Shown in pieces: positions 13,601 to 27,000 of a stretch of DNA of 64,000 nucleotides. A program made the translations under genes and the position numbers. The first letter of the stretch is position 1. Each line of letters begins with the position of its first letter. The DNA is taken from the NCBI RefSeq assembly GCF_964355755.1, contig NC_092679.1, positions 6,230,201-6,294,200 of the forward strand, given 5' to 3'. The notes under the pieces were generated by a model. That model was given only the letters and a program-made list of their open reading frames with translations, was not told where the DNA came from and did not search any database. The DNA is from Antedon mediterranea (Eukaryota; Animalia; Echinodermata).

Positions 13601-16600
13601 ACTTGTATGTTTCAATCTCATACTTGTATGTTTCAATCTTGTACTTATATGTTTCAATCTTGTACTTGTATGTTTCAATCTTGTACTTGTATGTTTCAAT
13701 CTTGTACTTGTATGTTTCAATCTTGTACTTGTATGTTTCAATCTTGTACTTGTATGTTTCAATCTTGTACTTGTATGTTTCAATCTAGTACTTGTATGTT
13801 TCAATCTTGTACTTGTATGTTTCAATCTCGTACTTGTATGTTTCAATCTAGTACTTATATGTTTCAATCTTGTACTTATGTTTCAATATTGTACTTATGT
13901 TTCAATCTTGTACTTATATAATGTTTCAATCTTGTACTTAGATACCTGTAATGTTTCAATCTTGTACTTATATAATGTTCCAATCTCGTACTTATATAAT
14001 GTTTCAATCTTGCTTTTAAAATTCATACTATATTTTTATGTAATCATAATTTATGTATTGCATTTTCAATTCTTATATAATCATTGAACTTTTAATTCTT
14101 ATGTGTAAAATCATAATCATTGTATTTTCAATTTATTAAATAAAGATGCATTAGAAATATGTTTTTCAATGTTATAGTGGATAGATATCTAAACACATGC
14201 ATGAGTATGACCATTCCAATAACTTATACAATGCAGTTTTAGATACATTACCGTATAATAATTAACATATGTTACGCAATACATGTAAATATATTTTGAG
14301 TGCAAATGCACCTGAGGTCTCTGACTCACAAAAGTACTACTGTACTGTAAATAAAAATATATCCGATATCATTTTGTTGGTTCTATCACTAATTTTATAA
14401 TTTCAGTGATAGTTTGGCAGATGAAACCACACCAGTAGTACCTAAACATCATGGGAAAAAATCTAAAAAACCTGCAAATTCAGAAACACCTGTGTCTACA
14501 AAACCACTTGCAAAGTCAAAAACACTTGTAAAGTCAAAAACACCTGCAAATTCAAAAGCATCTGCGAATTTAAAAACACCATCTTCAATGGATGTGACAC
14601 CTGTAAACAATGGAAGAAGAAAAACATCATCATCATGTGAGTTTTTATTCATAGATAAACTATTGTATAAGAGTAAAGTTGTGTGTTGCTGGTGTGTGGT
14701 TACCAAATATAATATACATATATATCCTGTTTAAAGCTCTGTCTACACTATCACTAACTAGTTTGACAAAAAAAGTGGGATGTGCCCAAATATGGTAGTG
14801 ATAGGACATCATTGTGTCCATATATGGGCACATCACATAAAGTTTGATAGTGTAGACAGATCTTTACCTGCTGGTGATTAAAGGTAGATTGGCTGGCTGA
14901 TTTAACCCATTGCCTAAAATACAGAATATTTTTTCTTAAAGCAAAACCATCTCCATTAACATCCAACGAACTTTCATGCTCAAGCAGAGGTCGTCTTATC
15001 AAGCCACCACTTGCATACTGGGCAGGTCAAAGGTTACGTAACCTCTCTGTCGATCTGGTTGAAATCATACCAGGAACGTCCAACCTTCTTGGCAGTACAG
15101 ATTCACCAACTTCATTAGGAATTCATGAAACGATTCAACACAGTCAGGTAGGAGCATTATTTAGTCTTGAAAACTTACCTGAATGAAATAAAATTTCCAA
15201 CAAATCTAGTCCTCAATAAAGAGAAACACCCTCTAAAGTTAATAGAATTGGCCAAAGCCAAACACTAATGCACCTACTTCATCAGGAATTCATAAAACCG
15301 TTGGTACACTATAGTAAAAGCATTTTTTAGTCTTGAAACCATATCTGAATGAAATAAAATGGTACTATATCTATAATGAAAAACACCCTCCAAAGATAAT
15401 AGAGTTGACCAAAGCCAAACACTGAGACATTGTCAGCTTTTTATAAGGGCAGTTAAGTCACTTTGTTTTTAAAACAATTCTAATTTGCAACAAAATGGTT
15501 TTTATTTAGAGAGATATCAGAATGCGCAAAAGGATGCCGAGCAAAGCAATAAAAACCAAAAAAGTAAAGAAAGAATTTCCTGACACAGATAGTGATGCAA
15601 AGGAAATAAGTGGGGTAGAGGAAAATAATGTATTGGACAGCAAATCTAGAAGTAAAAACTCAAAAGAAATAAATGTAGTACAAGTTGAAGAGAATTCTAG
15701 CAAAGAAATTCTGTCCAAAGATACTAGTACAGAGAGTGATGCCATTTCTAAACTTCAGTCACATCAACTAAACCGTAGCTCAAGCAAATTGATAATTATA
15801 AGTTCGGAAACTGAGGATGAAAAGACAAATGAATCTAAGATTGAGCCTGTAAGGCAAGCCATTCTGGAGAGAAAACCAACGAGTATCCAGAAGAACAATA
15901 AAATGATGACTCCCACCAGCTTAGAAAGGAGATTACGGAGGTCGAGTCGCGTAAATGGTAAAGTCAACAAGAAACAGGATTCTGTGAAAGGTCCAACGTA
16001 TATTGACCATTCAAAAAACAGCCTGATGATTAGTGACCAAGATGCAGACGATGAAGAAAGTGACCGTGACCAAATAAAGAAAACAAAAAGTACGAAAGAC
16101 GTCGTAGTCTCTTTTGGAAGCGCCCTTGGTCAAACGAAGAGCACTCTTGGAAGTGACCTTGGCCAAATGAAGAGCACTCTTAGAAGTGACCTTGGCCAAA
16201 TGAAGAGCACTTTTGGAAGTGACCTTGGCCAAAAAAAGAGCACACAAACTAAGGAGCACACTGTAGTCTCTTTTAAGTTACCAAAGAATGGAAGCAATGC
16301 TGTTGCAAATGCTACCTGTAAACCAAAAAATGATAAGCAATTGTCGATTGAAGAATGCAATGAAGTATGGCAAGCCAAAGAAATAAAAGAGCTTCATAAG
16401 TAAGTTATGTTTTTTATAGTTTAGTTTACTATTTTGTTGTTGTAATTTATTTTTATTTGAAACTGTTTGCAAGGCTTCTAGTTTTCCAACTGTATTTTAT
16501 GGCTTATATATTTGTAGAGCAGTCACAACCGTAGATCCTAGCTCTTTGAGATTTTGGGATAAGATTGCCGAAATAGTATCAACAAAGACTGCAGCTGAGT

Positions 16601-18886
16601 GCCAGACTAAATACCAAGCATGTACAGAACGTCGAAAGGTTACTAGACAAACCACCGCAAATAAAAATAACAATGGTAAGGCAGATATCATACTACTGTA
16701 CTTTGAATCGTTTTTTTATAGTCTTTTGGTCAATAGTTTTTTTTACTCTAATATTGACCACCATGGGTTACTATTAGAGTAGTGGCTTATTATTATAGAT
16801 TGACCTACCGTATAAGGTGGGTTACTATTAGAAGGTGGGTGGGGGGGGGGGGGGGTGTTACTATTAGAAGATTTACGATATATGCTATTTTGTACGTCCT
16901 TTCTGAGGTATTTCATTACAATTGTATACCATCTAACACATCACACTACTGTATGTAAAAGACATATTAGCTGTATTATTATTTTTTTTTAAGAGCCTGT
17001 AAAATTGACAGCTACAGTTGGTACCATGAAACGGAAGAGACAACTTCGACATATTTTAGAGCAGCACGATGAAGGTTATGAAGATGATCTGTTTCATATG
17101 TTGGGTAATCCATCATCGAAGAAGCCAAAGGTAACACCAGAATTTTTTTTATTTGTAACAATCGACACAAACGTTCCATATCCATGTATTTTTCATTTCA
17201 TTATAAAGAATTTCATAGCACTGATGATGTTTTTCTGCATAACAACGAAACATGTTTGCAAAACTTTTATTTTACTTTTATTATGCTAGTGGAAGCTCGG
17301 CAACACATTATTCACGACATAACTTTAAACACATCCGTGGTCAATCATGGACTTACAAAAGTTGGAAAAGCTAAAGAAAAAAATCCGTAAAAGCAGCAGC
17401 TGATATAAACTACTAAAAAATTGCAAAGCATTCGGCGTTTTTCGAATATTTATAAAGAATTTTTTGTTGAAAATAGTCATTTCTTAGTCATTGGAATAAT
17501 TGTTTCTAGATCCCGAATGACGTGATAACAGATGAGGATGAAGTTGAAAACTCTGAAAACATCCAGACGCCCGCTGTTCGTCCAATGATGACCAGGATTC
17601 CAAAATCTTCTCAAAAAACACCACAGTCGATGCTACTCAGTCCTGGATTATTCCATTCTGTTGATAGGTAAGTTTTAGTATTTTTACTACAGTCAACTCT
17701 CCCAATACCGGACACCTTTGGGCCGGCCAAATAAGTCTGGTTTTCCGGAAAGTCTGGTATTCGGAATGTGTTTTTAATGGTAAATATAAATTTGGGACCT
17801 TTTGGTCCTCAAAAAAAGTCTGGTATTGGGAGAGTTTCTGGTTTTCAGAGAGTCCGGTATTGGGAGTATCTGTATATTACTTGTGTTAATACTATCATAA
17901 CAATTCTAGCCTTTTTAAAGCCATTAGGTCTTTTTTGTTGTATATAGTTGCATTATAGTATTACAAATATTATTTGTTTCTACTAAATTATTAGTACAGT
18001 GGTATCCCTCCTCTCGAACACTTCTATTAAGGGGACACATTCCTGTGAAACAAACTCGGGTCAATATAGGTTTTAATGCTACAGCCAACCACTATTCAAG
18101 GGACACCCCTACACTTATCTTAGTGTTGTTCTGTACAGTATATTTACTTCATTCTTAATGAGTAGTAAACATTGGTTTGTTTTTTAGGCAAAAGATAGAT
18201 CCGTATATTTATCGTTTGAAAGGAAAAGGAAGACGTGGTATGCGACCAACAAAAGTTGCGGTAAGAACTTGAATCATTATTTTGACACTACAAAAACCTA
18301 AGGCCGTTTCAAGTGTTAAAACATATATTTTCCCATCAGTTTCATAAAAAAAATAAAACTATAACTGTATCACTTTGCACAAAAATTGTTGGTCTGTGTT
18401 TAGATTCAATTTATTAAATCATTCATACATATAGTACAATGATAATTTGGCAGAAAAACAAAAACAAAACAATACACACATAATATTTACATTCATGATC
18501 AACATGGAACTTAACTGATCAAGCAATTTAAAAAAAAGACCAAGTGACTTATCGTTGGAACTTGTTGTGTAGTCTAAAAGCGCTAGGCAAGAATGAAAAT
18601 TTATGTCTATTTGTTTCAATTGGAATTGTTGTTAATCTTCCCTGGTAACTATTAACTTATTGTTTAAGATCACATTGAGAATGTTTTACTCTATGTTTGT
18701 TTATTTCATTATTTTATATGCAATTTGTCTTTTTCGTTTCAGAAGGAACCCAAAAAACAAGACAGCAAATCATTTCAATCATTATTGAATGGCCATACAG
18801 AGAACATCTTTGATGTCGTAGAAGTTTCAGATATTGACTCAGAAGAGGAAGAAGATCATTATTGGTCAGATGAGGACTTTCAATGA
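10620..18886 (+). CDS. MIS18BP1: Mis18-binding protein 1 (M18BP1/KNL2), CENP-A loading factor
   Basis: Exons 10620-10667, 10921-11782, 12084-12187, 12759-12844, 12940-13073, 13364-13451, 14407-14636, 14942-15147, 15510-16399, 16518-16675, 16994-17130, 17510-17667, 18188-18260, 18743-18886 are phase-consistent. SANTA domain (LRNWSL...LYVEGHR...WHSSAIVKRVTAKQLETGSGSIYKLIG...FQNGFPKNWKELI), CENP-C-like motif (SSRGRLIKPPLAYWAGQR), SANT (WQAKEIKELHKAV...FWDKIAEIVSTKTAAECQTKY), TATVGTMKRKRQLR and an acidic DHYWSD terminus. Confidence 0.92.
13461..14012. repeat. 21-bp minisatellite (TTTCAATCTTGTACTTGTATG), ~25 copies
   Basis: Tandem array starting ~10 nt after a MIS18BP1 donor site and decaying to 17-23-bp variants at the right end. 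Confidence 0.95.
16116..16245 (+). repeat. 33-bp coding repeat within MIS18BP1 (STLGSDLGQMK, ~4 copies)
   Basis: GAAGAGCACTCTTGGAAGTGACCTTGGCCAAAT repeated in frame. Confidence 0.85.
17690..17872. mobile_element. pogo/Tigger-like MITE
   Basis: TA|CAGTCAACTCTCCCAATACCGGAC...GTCCGGTATTGGGAGTATCTG|TA; related fragment at ~55437-55530. Confidence 0.7.
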
Positions 18887-19394
18887 TTATGAAATTTTAC
18901 AAGCCCAACAAGTCACTCTGGACTAGCTTGACAAGTCACTCTGGTTTTTATTATAATTTTAACAATTTAACAGTTTTTTTTTACTCTAGACTAGAAGTTT
19001 TTCATTATGATTGTTATCATACAGTGTTAATTCTCCTTTTATAGAAACTTAAACAAACACAATCTGAATACGAAATTATCATATTTGTAGTAAATCTGAT
19101 AAAAATCCATAAGTAATGGTTCATGTAATGAATTGGTTATCCAACAAAGTATATATTACACTGAATTGTTTACTATTATGTCTTTGTGATACCATATAAT
19201 ATGTACACATTTACAAATAATGTATATGAAAGCACTAACTAAAGTATATACTGTATGATAGATGTTTGATTTGAGGGGAAGGCATTTGTACACTATATCA
19301 AGAAGTGATAAAATAAAGTAAAAATTCTATCAAAATGCTTGGTTAATGTAGATCATGGAAAGCAATGAATTTTAATACAAATCTGGTTACTATT

Positions 19395-21630
19395 CATAAA
19401 TTGGCATGTTCTAGGCTGTAGCGAGAGGTGAAAATTGAAAATTTCAGACGAGGCTACCTCATGCTGGCTACGGCCCTGATGCGCAGACGCACGTAATGTG
19501 TTCTGGGCATGTTACCTCAATATATATACATATTTTAAAATGTCGATATTTGGCCTGTATAAGATGTTGTATGATCATATACAGTTTTTTCCAAAAATTG
19601 CCAATTTTCGACCCTTTTATTTTTCGACATAAATGGTTTCTATGGCACAATAAGATGTTGTATGATCATATACAGCAATATTATCGCATAAAAATTGAAT
19701 TTTAAAAACTTGATATTTTGACCATTTTTCGAAAAAATCCCTTACTATATATAGTACAGGGATTTTTTCCAAAAATTACCGATTTTCGACTCTTTTATTT
19801 TTCGACATAAATGCTTTCTATGGCACAATAAGATGTTGTATGATCATATACAGCAATATTATCGCATAAAAATTGAATTTTTAAAATTGATATTTTGGCC
19901 ATTTTTCGAACAAATTCCCTTACAGGGATTTTTTCAAAAAATTTCCAATTTTCGATCCTTTTATTTTTCGACATAAATGCTTTCTATGGCACTATAAGAT
20001 GTTGTATGATCATATACAGCAATATTATCGCATAAAAATTGAATTTTAAAAACGTGATGTTTTGGCCATTTTTCGAAAAAAATCCCTTACTATAGTACAG
20101 GGATTTTTTCAAAAGATTGCCTGGCAATTTTCGATCCTTTTATTTTTCGACATAAATGGTTTCTATGGCACTATAAGATGTTGTATGATCATATACAGCA
20201 ATATTATCGAATAAAAATTGAATTTTAATAACTTTATATTTTGGCCATTTTTAAAAAAAAATCCCTTACTATAGTACAGGGATTTTTTCAAAAAATGGGC
20301 AATTTTCGACCCTTTAATTTTCGACATAAATGCTTTCTATGCCACTATAAGATGTTGTATGATCATATACAGCAATATTATCGCATAAAAATTGAATTTT
20401 AATAACTTTATATTTTGGCCATTTTTGGAAAAAAATCCCTTACTATAGTACAGGGATTTTTTCCAAAAAAATGGGCAATTTTCGACCCTTTTATTTTTCG
20501 ACATAAATGCTTTCTATGGCACTATAAGATGTTGTATGATCATATACAGCGATATTATCGAATAAAAATTGAATTTTAAAAACATGCTATTTTGGCCATT
20601 TTTCGAAAAAAAATTCCTTACTATATACAGAGATTTATTAAAAAATTGCCAATTTTCGATCCTTTTATTTTTCGACATAAATGGTTTCTATGGCACTATA
20701 AGATGTTGTATGATCATATACAGCAATATTATCGCATAAAAATTGAATTTTAAAAACGTGATATTTTGGCAATTTTTCGAAAAAAAATTACTTACTATAG
20801 TAGAGGGATTTTTTCAAAAAATGGGCAATTTTCGACCCTTTTAATTTTCGACATAAATGCTTTTTATGACACTATAATAGCAATATTATCGCATTGGAAT
20901 TTTTAAAACTTGATATTTTGACCATAAATGTGGCACAATAAGATGTTGTATGATCATATACAGCAATATTATCGCATACATATTGAACTTTTAAAATTGA
21001 TATTTTGGACATTTTTCGAACAAATTCCCTTACTATAGTACAGGGATTTTTTCAAAAAATTGCCAATTTTCGATCCTTTTATTTTTCGACATAAATGGTT
21101 TCTATGGCACTATAACATGTTGTATGATCATATACAGCAATATTGTCGCATAAAAATTAAATTTTAAAAAAGTGCTATTTTGGCCATTTTTCGAAAAAAA
21201 ATCACTAACTATAGGACAGGGATTTTTTCCAAAAAATGGGCAATTTTCGACATAAATGCTTTCTATGGCACTATAAGATGTTGTATGATCATATACAGCA
21301 ATATTATCGCATAAAAATTGAATTTTAAAAACTTGATATTTTGGCCATTTAAAAAAAAAAAAATCCCAATTTCGATCATAAATTGGCATGCGCAGATGGA
21401 CATAATGTGTTCTGCGCATGTTACCTCAATATTATATTATACATATTTTATAATGTCGATATTTGGTCATTTTTCGAAAAAAAATCCCTATACTATTATA
21501 ATACAGGGATTTTTTTTTTTAATGGCCAAATTTTATTTTCAACATAACTCGTTACTTTATCATAAATTAACATGCGCAGACGCACATAGATCTGCGCATG
21601 TTACCTCAATATACTACATTTTAAAATCAT
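19395..21630. repeat. AT-rich satellite array, ~175-bp unit, ~11 copies, flanked by related variant units
   Basis: Anchor AAGATGTTGTATGATCATATACAG at 19561, 19652, 19830, 19996, 20175, 20349, 20526, 20700, 20940, ~21113 and ~21274. Variant units with GCGCAGA...GCATGTTACCTCAATAT at ~19481, ~21390 and ~21574. Confidence 0.95.
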
Positions 21631-21976
21631 AATTTGACATTTTTATAGTTGTTCACTTTATTGGTATCAAACAACCCATGCTAATGCAGCCTATATATTC
21701 ATACAAATAAATAAACAACAAAGTATATATAATATTTAAAAATAAAAACATAAATTGTCTGGATTTGAACCAGCGACCTTTCATGTTTGAGGAGAAGAAA
21801 ATAGCGAGATTTTCTGTGCTTTACGCATGCGTCATAGGAATACAAATCTATATTGATTAAAAATGAATTTAGATTTTAAAAATAAACTGTATGTTGTGGT
21901 AAAGTAAATTATTACAGTCATGTAAGTAGTAGAAATTACATTTTTTTATCTCTATAAAATGTATTATTAATCTCTA

Positions 21977-22013
21977 TTTTTCATGTTTTTTTTTTGGAAC
22001 AATACATCTTTAA
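21977..22013. mobile_element. Kolobok-like element right end (GGACAATACATCTTTAA)
   Basis: The same end, preceded by TTTTCATGTTTTT, recurs at 31665-31699; a related end is at 54041-54060. CT|TTAA terminus. Confidence 0.45.
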
Positions 22014-22569
22014 ATCAATATAATAGTAATATCTGAATAAATTAACATTAAACTGAACTGAATATTATTTTATCATTAATATCGCTGAGTGGCGGTAAAT
22101 TTTTATCAGTTAAATTGTATATTAAAATAATTATTATAATAATACTTCTCAAAAACTAAAATATAGAAAGGATAATTGACTCATTATTTATCATTGTTGA
22201 ACATAAACAAATAAAATAAACACTTTTTACAACATTTATACCATTTATAATATATTTTTTCACAGATACATGATCGAAATATTAAGTTAAATATACAACC
22301 AAGAAAGATTCCTTATCTAGAGTTAGTAATCTTTATTTCTCACACACCAAATTTATTCAAAGATGTACTGTCACTTCTTTAGTGAAAAAATGAATACAAA
22401 ATTGATTATTATACAGATATTGATTCATATTGATTATAGATGATTATGTAGTATAATTATAGATAGAAGTTACAATAAAACAAATTGTTGTTTTGCCGTG
22501 TTTCTGTTCAAACAACACCATTTAACTGGTTGTTATCGGCTGTTTAACTGGCTATTTGACAAAGACCAC

Positions 22570-22750
22570 ATAGTCATCGCATCCACAGCATGTCCTCTGA
22601 CCAATTACAGGATGGATGAACAACTATACCAAGTCTCATTTGAGAATTAGGGAGTGGAATTGTTCATGAGTTACAACTCTGGCAATAGATCGGGATTGAA
22701 CCCTGGACCTTGGGATTGAAAGGCAAGAATGTTAAACACCAAGCTAAACC
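22570..22750 (-). mobile_element. tRNA-derived SINE
   Basis: Minus strand shows an A-box-like TAGCTTGGTGTTTAA and B box GGTTCAATCCC, followed by a non-tRNA body. Confidence 0.55.
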
Positions 22751-24085
22751 TCCATTGCAGTTACTTAAGAAGCGACAATGCAGTTTGTTTATAATTAAAC
22801 AGAAACACACAAGTTGTAGAAATTTTGAATAAGCCAATTCAGAATGTTGACAAAATGTTTGAAAATCAAATGTTTTTATTTTTTCTGTGAGCAATCAATT
22901 TTAGATTTTATTTAGTGACAGTTCATCTTTGTGAAAAGTCTAATAAACAGTATTATTGTTTTTCTATTGTCATTTCTATTTAATACAATTTCAATTAAAA
23001 AATTAACTTTCTATAAGTTTTCTTAGTTTTGTGTTTCTTTCTTTCTTCACAAGCAGGGTAATTTTTATGTTCCATATCTTTTAGAATTTTTCATTCCTTT
23101 TTTAACCACTTTCAGTTCATGAATATTGCATTTTTCCATATACAAACTTTCTATTTGTTGTTATATATATATTAATATAAATCCAAAGGCAAAGTACTGA
23201 AAAACAATGCTGTGGTTATACTACTGGCTGATGTCAGTACAGATACAAAATAAGTAAGGAAAAATATAAAAAAAACTGAGTGGACACCATGGGAAAGATT
23301 TACTAGCTACATCCCATTTGAATGGCCCAAAACAACAAGTTTTGTAAAATGAGTGGTAAAAAGGGCAATAGCCCACTAGGCAAAAAGGACTAGCCCAGAC
23401 TTGTTGAACGGGCTGGTATATAAAATGTCAGAATATTAGAAATTTTAAATTCATTTTTGTTTGTCAAAGAACAACCAAAAAAAAAAAAATTTAGGGGCCA
23501 ATAGAGGTAGAGAAAAGGTACAATACACTCAATGTTTAATATAGTTTATTTTAAACATGAAACTATAAATCCTAATTTGCTAAGTAATGCATTGTACACA
23601 ATCTATATAGTTTGAGTTTAATATTGAATAAGTACAGTATTAAACTTTGAATTTTTCGTATTATATACTGAAGTTCGTACACTTGTACGGAAGCTACACT
23701 ATTTAGAAGTAATTGTTTTATACTATTATTGAATCACGATATAAAGAAAACATTTCCTGATACTGTATCTTAATTTTAAATAACTATGTTGTATGTTATA
23801 TAGAAAATACAACAACTACTTTAATCAAAAAAGTTTGCAACACAACAGAAATATAAAAAAAGCAGTACAGTTGTATGTCACTAATAGCAACAGTGATGTA
23901 AATTAAAACATTCAAATCACACATACTAGCTTTATGTCGTAGTCATGGCGACACAAGAAACACTTAGTTACAAAATAGTGTCAACGTGCAGTGAGAATGT
24001 TGTCAGCAGTGCGAATGTTGCCATTGACGACCGATTCTGGTTTGTTGACTAATACAAGCTTGCTGGTTGGTTCACTTTAAACTTG

Positions 24086-27000
24086 TCATACGTCCACTAC
24101 CATTTTCTTGTGTATGTCCATAGTACCAACAATCTGAGATAAAAAAATTAAAATATTAGATTATAAATGTATGTGACCTCATTAAAAATGCATGTGACCT
24201 CATTATAAATGCATGTGACCTCAATATTTAAATGTATACAACCCTATTATGTGGGACCTCATTAAAAATGTATTTGACCTTATTACAAATGCATGTGACC
24301 TCATTATAAATGTATTTGACCTCATAAATGTATGCGACCTCATTTTAAATATATTTGACCTCATAAATATATGCGACCTCACTATAAATGTATGTGACCT
24401 CATAAACATTACCAATATAATAATGTACTGTACCTTGTATGTAGAAAAGGGTCATACAGAAAGGTCAAATTGAATATAGAGACAAATTAAAAGAAATAAC
24501 TAAATATTGTTTTCTTTGTGACTTACTCCGCAAAATTCTTCGTATGAAATCTTTCCATCATTGTCCTTATCAGCGTTGATTATTGTTTTATCTACGATCT
24601 GTTGAAGCTGGGTTTCTTTCAAGTTGTTTCCCACCATCATCTTAAGAACAGCGAAGAGCTCCCCATTTGAAATGTACCCGTCTTTATCCATATCATAAAT
24701 TCTAAAAGCAACTACATAAACAGAAGAGACAATCAAACTGCAGCATTCGATCTAAATTCTGCTTCGAGGGTTCATATACACCATTTTTGTAGCCAAAATA
24801 GATCATTTCTATGCTGACTCTGTCCTATCTACAGTAAACCAACAACATTTTTTTTATTAGATTTATTATAATGTCGACTTAAATCATGCAGGACTAGAAC
24901 AGGAAAAGCATACACAGAGACAGAATCGTAGATTTATATGCCAGCTTACTCCTAAATCACACCATGCCACACAGATACTGACACAAAATCCTTTTTATTA
25001 CATCTATAAATGGATTGCTTTGTTGTTCTTGACAGAACAAAAATGGTTTTGATAAAGATAAGTTGCATTATCAGTATTGCAATCTATTAGCTTGGCATTT
25101 CAATGTAAAAAAAGTAAATTGAATACAGCATACATACTGTACATACATGTATAAAATGTTTTAATGGCAGTATTCACAAAAGAGAAGGCTGTGAGCAGTC
25201 CTACCACCACTACTACAAGTATGATAAATAGTCTTCCTTCCTTCAACTTACTTTACTGCACAAACTATTTCTCTGCTAACAACACTTTAATTCAGTGTTT
25301 GCAGTTGTAATTACCGCAATGTATGCAGGGCGATTATTATTTATACCTCCTTGATTTATTTAATCTATAACAGTTTTAACTGATTCATTGCCCTAAAAAA
25401 TTGCTTTTAATGTCACACTTTACTTGGGGTTTTTGGCTAGGTTAAATTTAACCTTTTGTTTCATTATAAGTGAAACAATTATTTTTGTTCTGAAGAGTTA
25501 TATATATTATATATATTGAATATTATATATTATATAAATTATATTATATTATTATATATATTGAATAACCTTCAATAAAACTGCAAAACCATTTAATTTG
25601 AGTATATTTTTATGTTCTGGGAAAATTATGAATTTTCAACGAGGAAGTTCAAAATAATTTTTTTCTATTTGTTCTTCTTTAACAATGCGAACATATTTAA
25701 ATATCTCATTCGTTTTTATTTAGTCAAGCGTACCGTTCAATTCAAAATATTCCATTAGATTTTAGTGATCCCAGAGGCCTAGAATATGTGTCATAATTAA
25801 AGCAATCAATATATTAATGTATTCAGTGAATGAAATGCATGCAATAGCTCAAGGTAGAGCAACACTACTGTAAGCACTGCAAGAATGGTAGACATTTTTA
25901 AAATAAGTTGTTGGCAAAAAATGTCACCAACATTCTCCACCCTATCCACATTTTCCCTTAATCCTTGTATCCAGTTTCGTCTAGACTCTTTTACTTTCCT
26001 TCCCCTCATTTTCCTATACCGTCCTCTTATTTTCATCCACACGCCCTCTTATTTTCATTCACATGCCCTCTTATTTTCATCCATGCGCCCTTTTATTTTT
26101 ATCCATACGCCCTCTTATTTTCATCCACACACCCTCTTATTTTCATCCACACACCCTCTTATTTTCATCAACACCTTTTATTTTCATCCACACATCCTTT
26201 ATTTTTATCCACACACCTTTTATTTTCATAGACACGCCCTTTTATTTTATATCCACACACTCTTTTATTTTCATCCACAGGCCCTCTTATTTTCATCTAC
26301 ACGCCCTTTTAATTGTATTCACTCTTCCCTATTTCTGTCTATCCCTTTTTTTTTTCCTTTTCACCCTCCATTTCTACTTACATTTCAATTTTGATTCTTT
26401 GTCGCCTTTTACACTGAATTGGGATACACCTTGTATGAATTCTGAAAAAAATATATATATAACTGCAGTTATGACCTTTGACCTAATGGTTGGGCGAGAC
26501 TTCTGTCTACCGCCCACATGTCTGGGTTCTACCATAGAGATATTATAGTTCACTATAATATCTCTATGGTTCTACAGTGCAGTATTTTACTTATAGATAA
26601 TTTATCCTGTATGTGTAAACATCACAGATAATGCAGTTTCAAAATGTAATGTAAATCAATTTAATCATCTACCGGTATTTGTTTACCTTGTACATCAACC
26701 TATAAATCATAAAAAAATATTTTAATTTTTAAGGATATTGCCTTATTTCTATTTTACATACAGTATTACTGAGTCAAAAATAAATATTGATTTGATAACA
26801 TTAATTCATTTTCTATTTATAATTGAGGAATAATGGAGTTCAGAAATAGACAAAAGAGGCGGACACTAATGCAGCTACAGTAGAACTTAGAAGCAGCACA
26901 TACTGTACAGTACAACAATATCAAATTTTTGCTCTTAACTAGCAGAATAAATTCAGAATCAATTGTAATATGATTTAAGTATGAAATAGCATGCAATGCA

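Noticed and set aside
13378-14087. Long ORFs in several frames (LYLYVSI, LKHTSTR, CMFQSCT repeats)
   Set aside because: Artefacts of the 21-bp intronic minisatellite; the real exon ends at 13451.
19545-21400. CRISPR-like regularly spaced repeats
   Set aside because: The whole unit is repeated, with no unique spacers and no cas genes; this is a eukaryotic satellite.
25560-25590. Possible duplicate PPP3R1 exon 4 (FIEG-like sequence after an acceptor)
   Set aside because: Wrong phase, and similarity stops after 4 codons; the true exon is 26441-26382.
24221-26548. ORFs 24221-24473 and 25885-26548
   Set aside because: They derive from minisatellites in PPP3R1 introns; only the real PPP3R1 exons (24527-24711, 26382-26441) are coding in this span.
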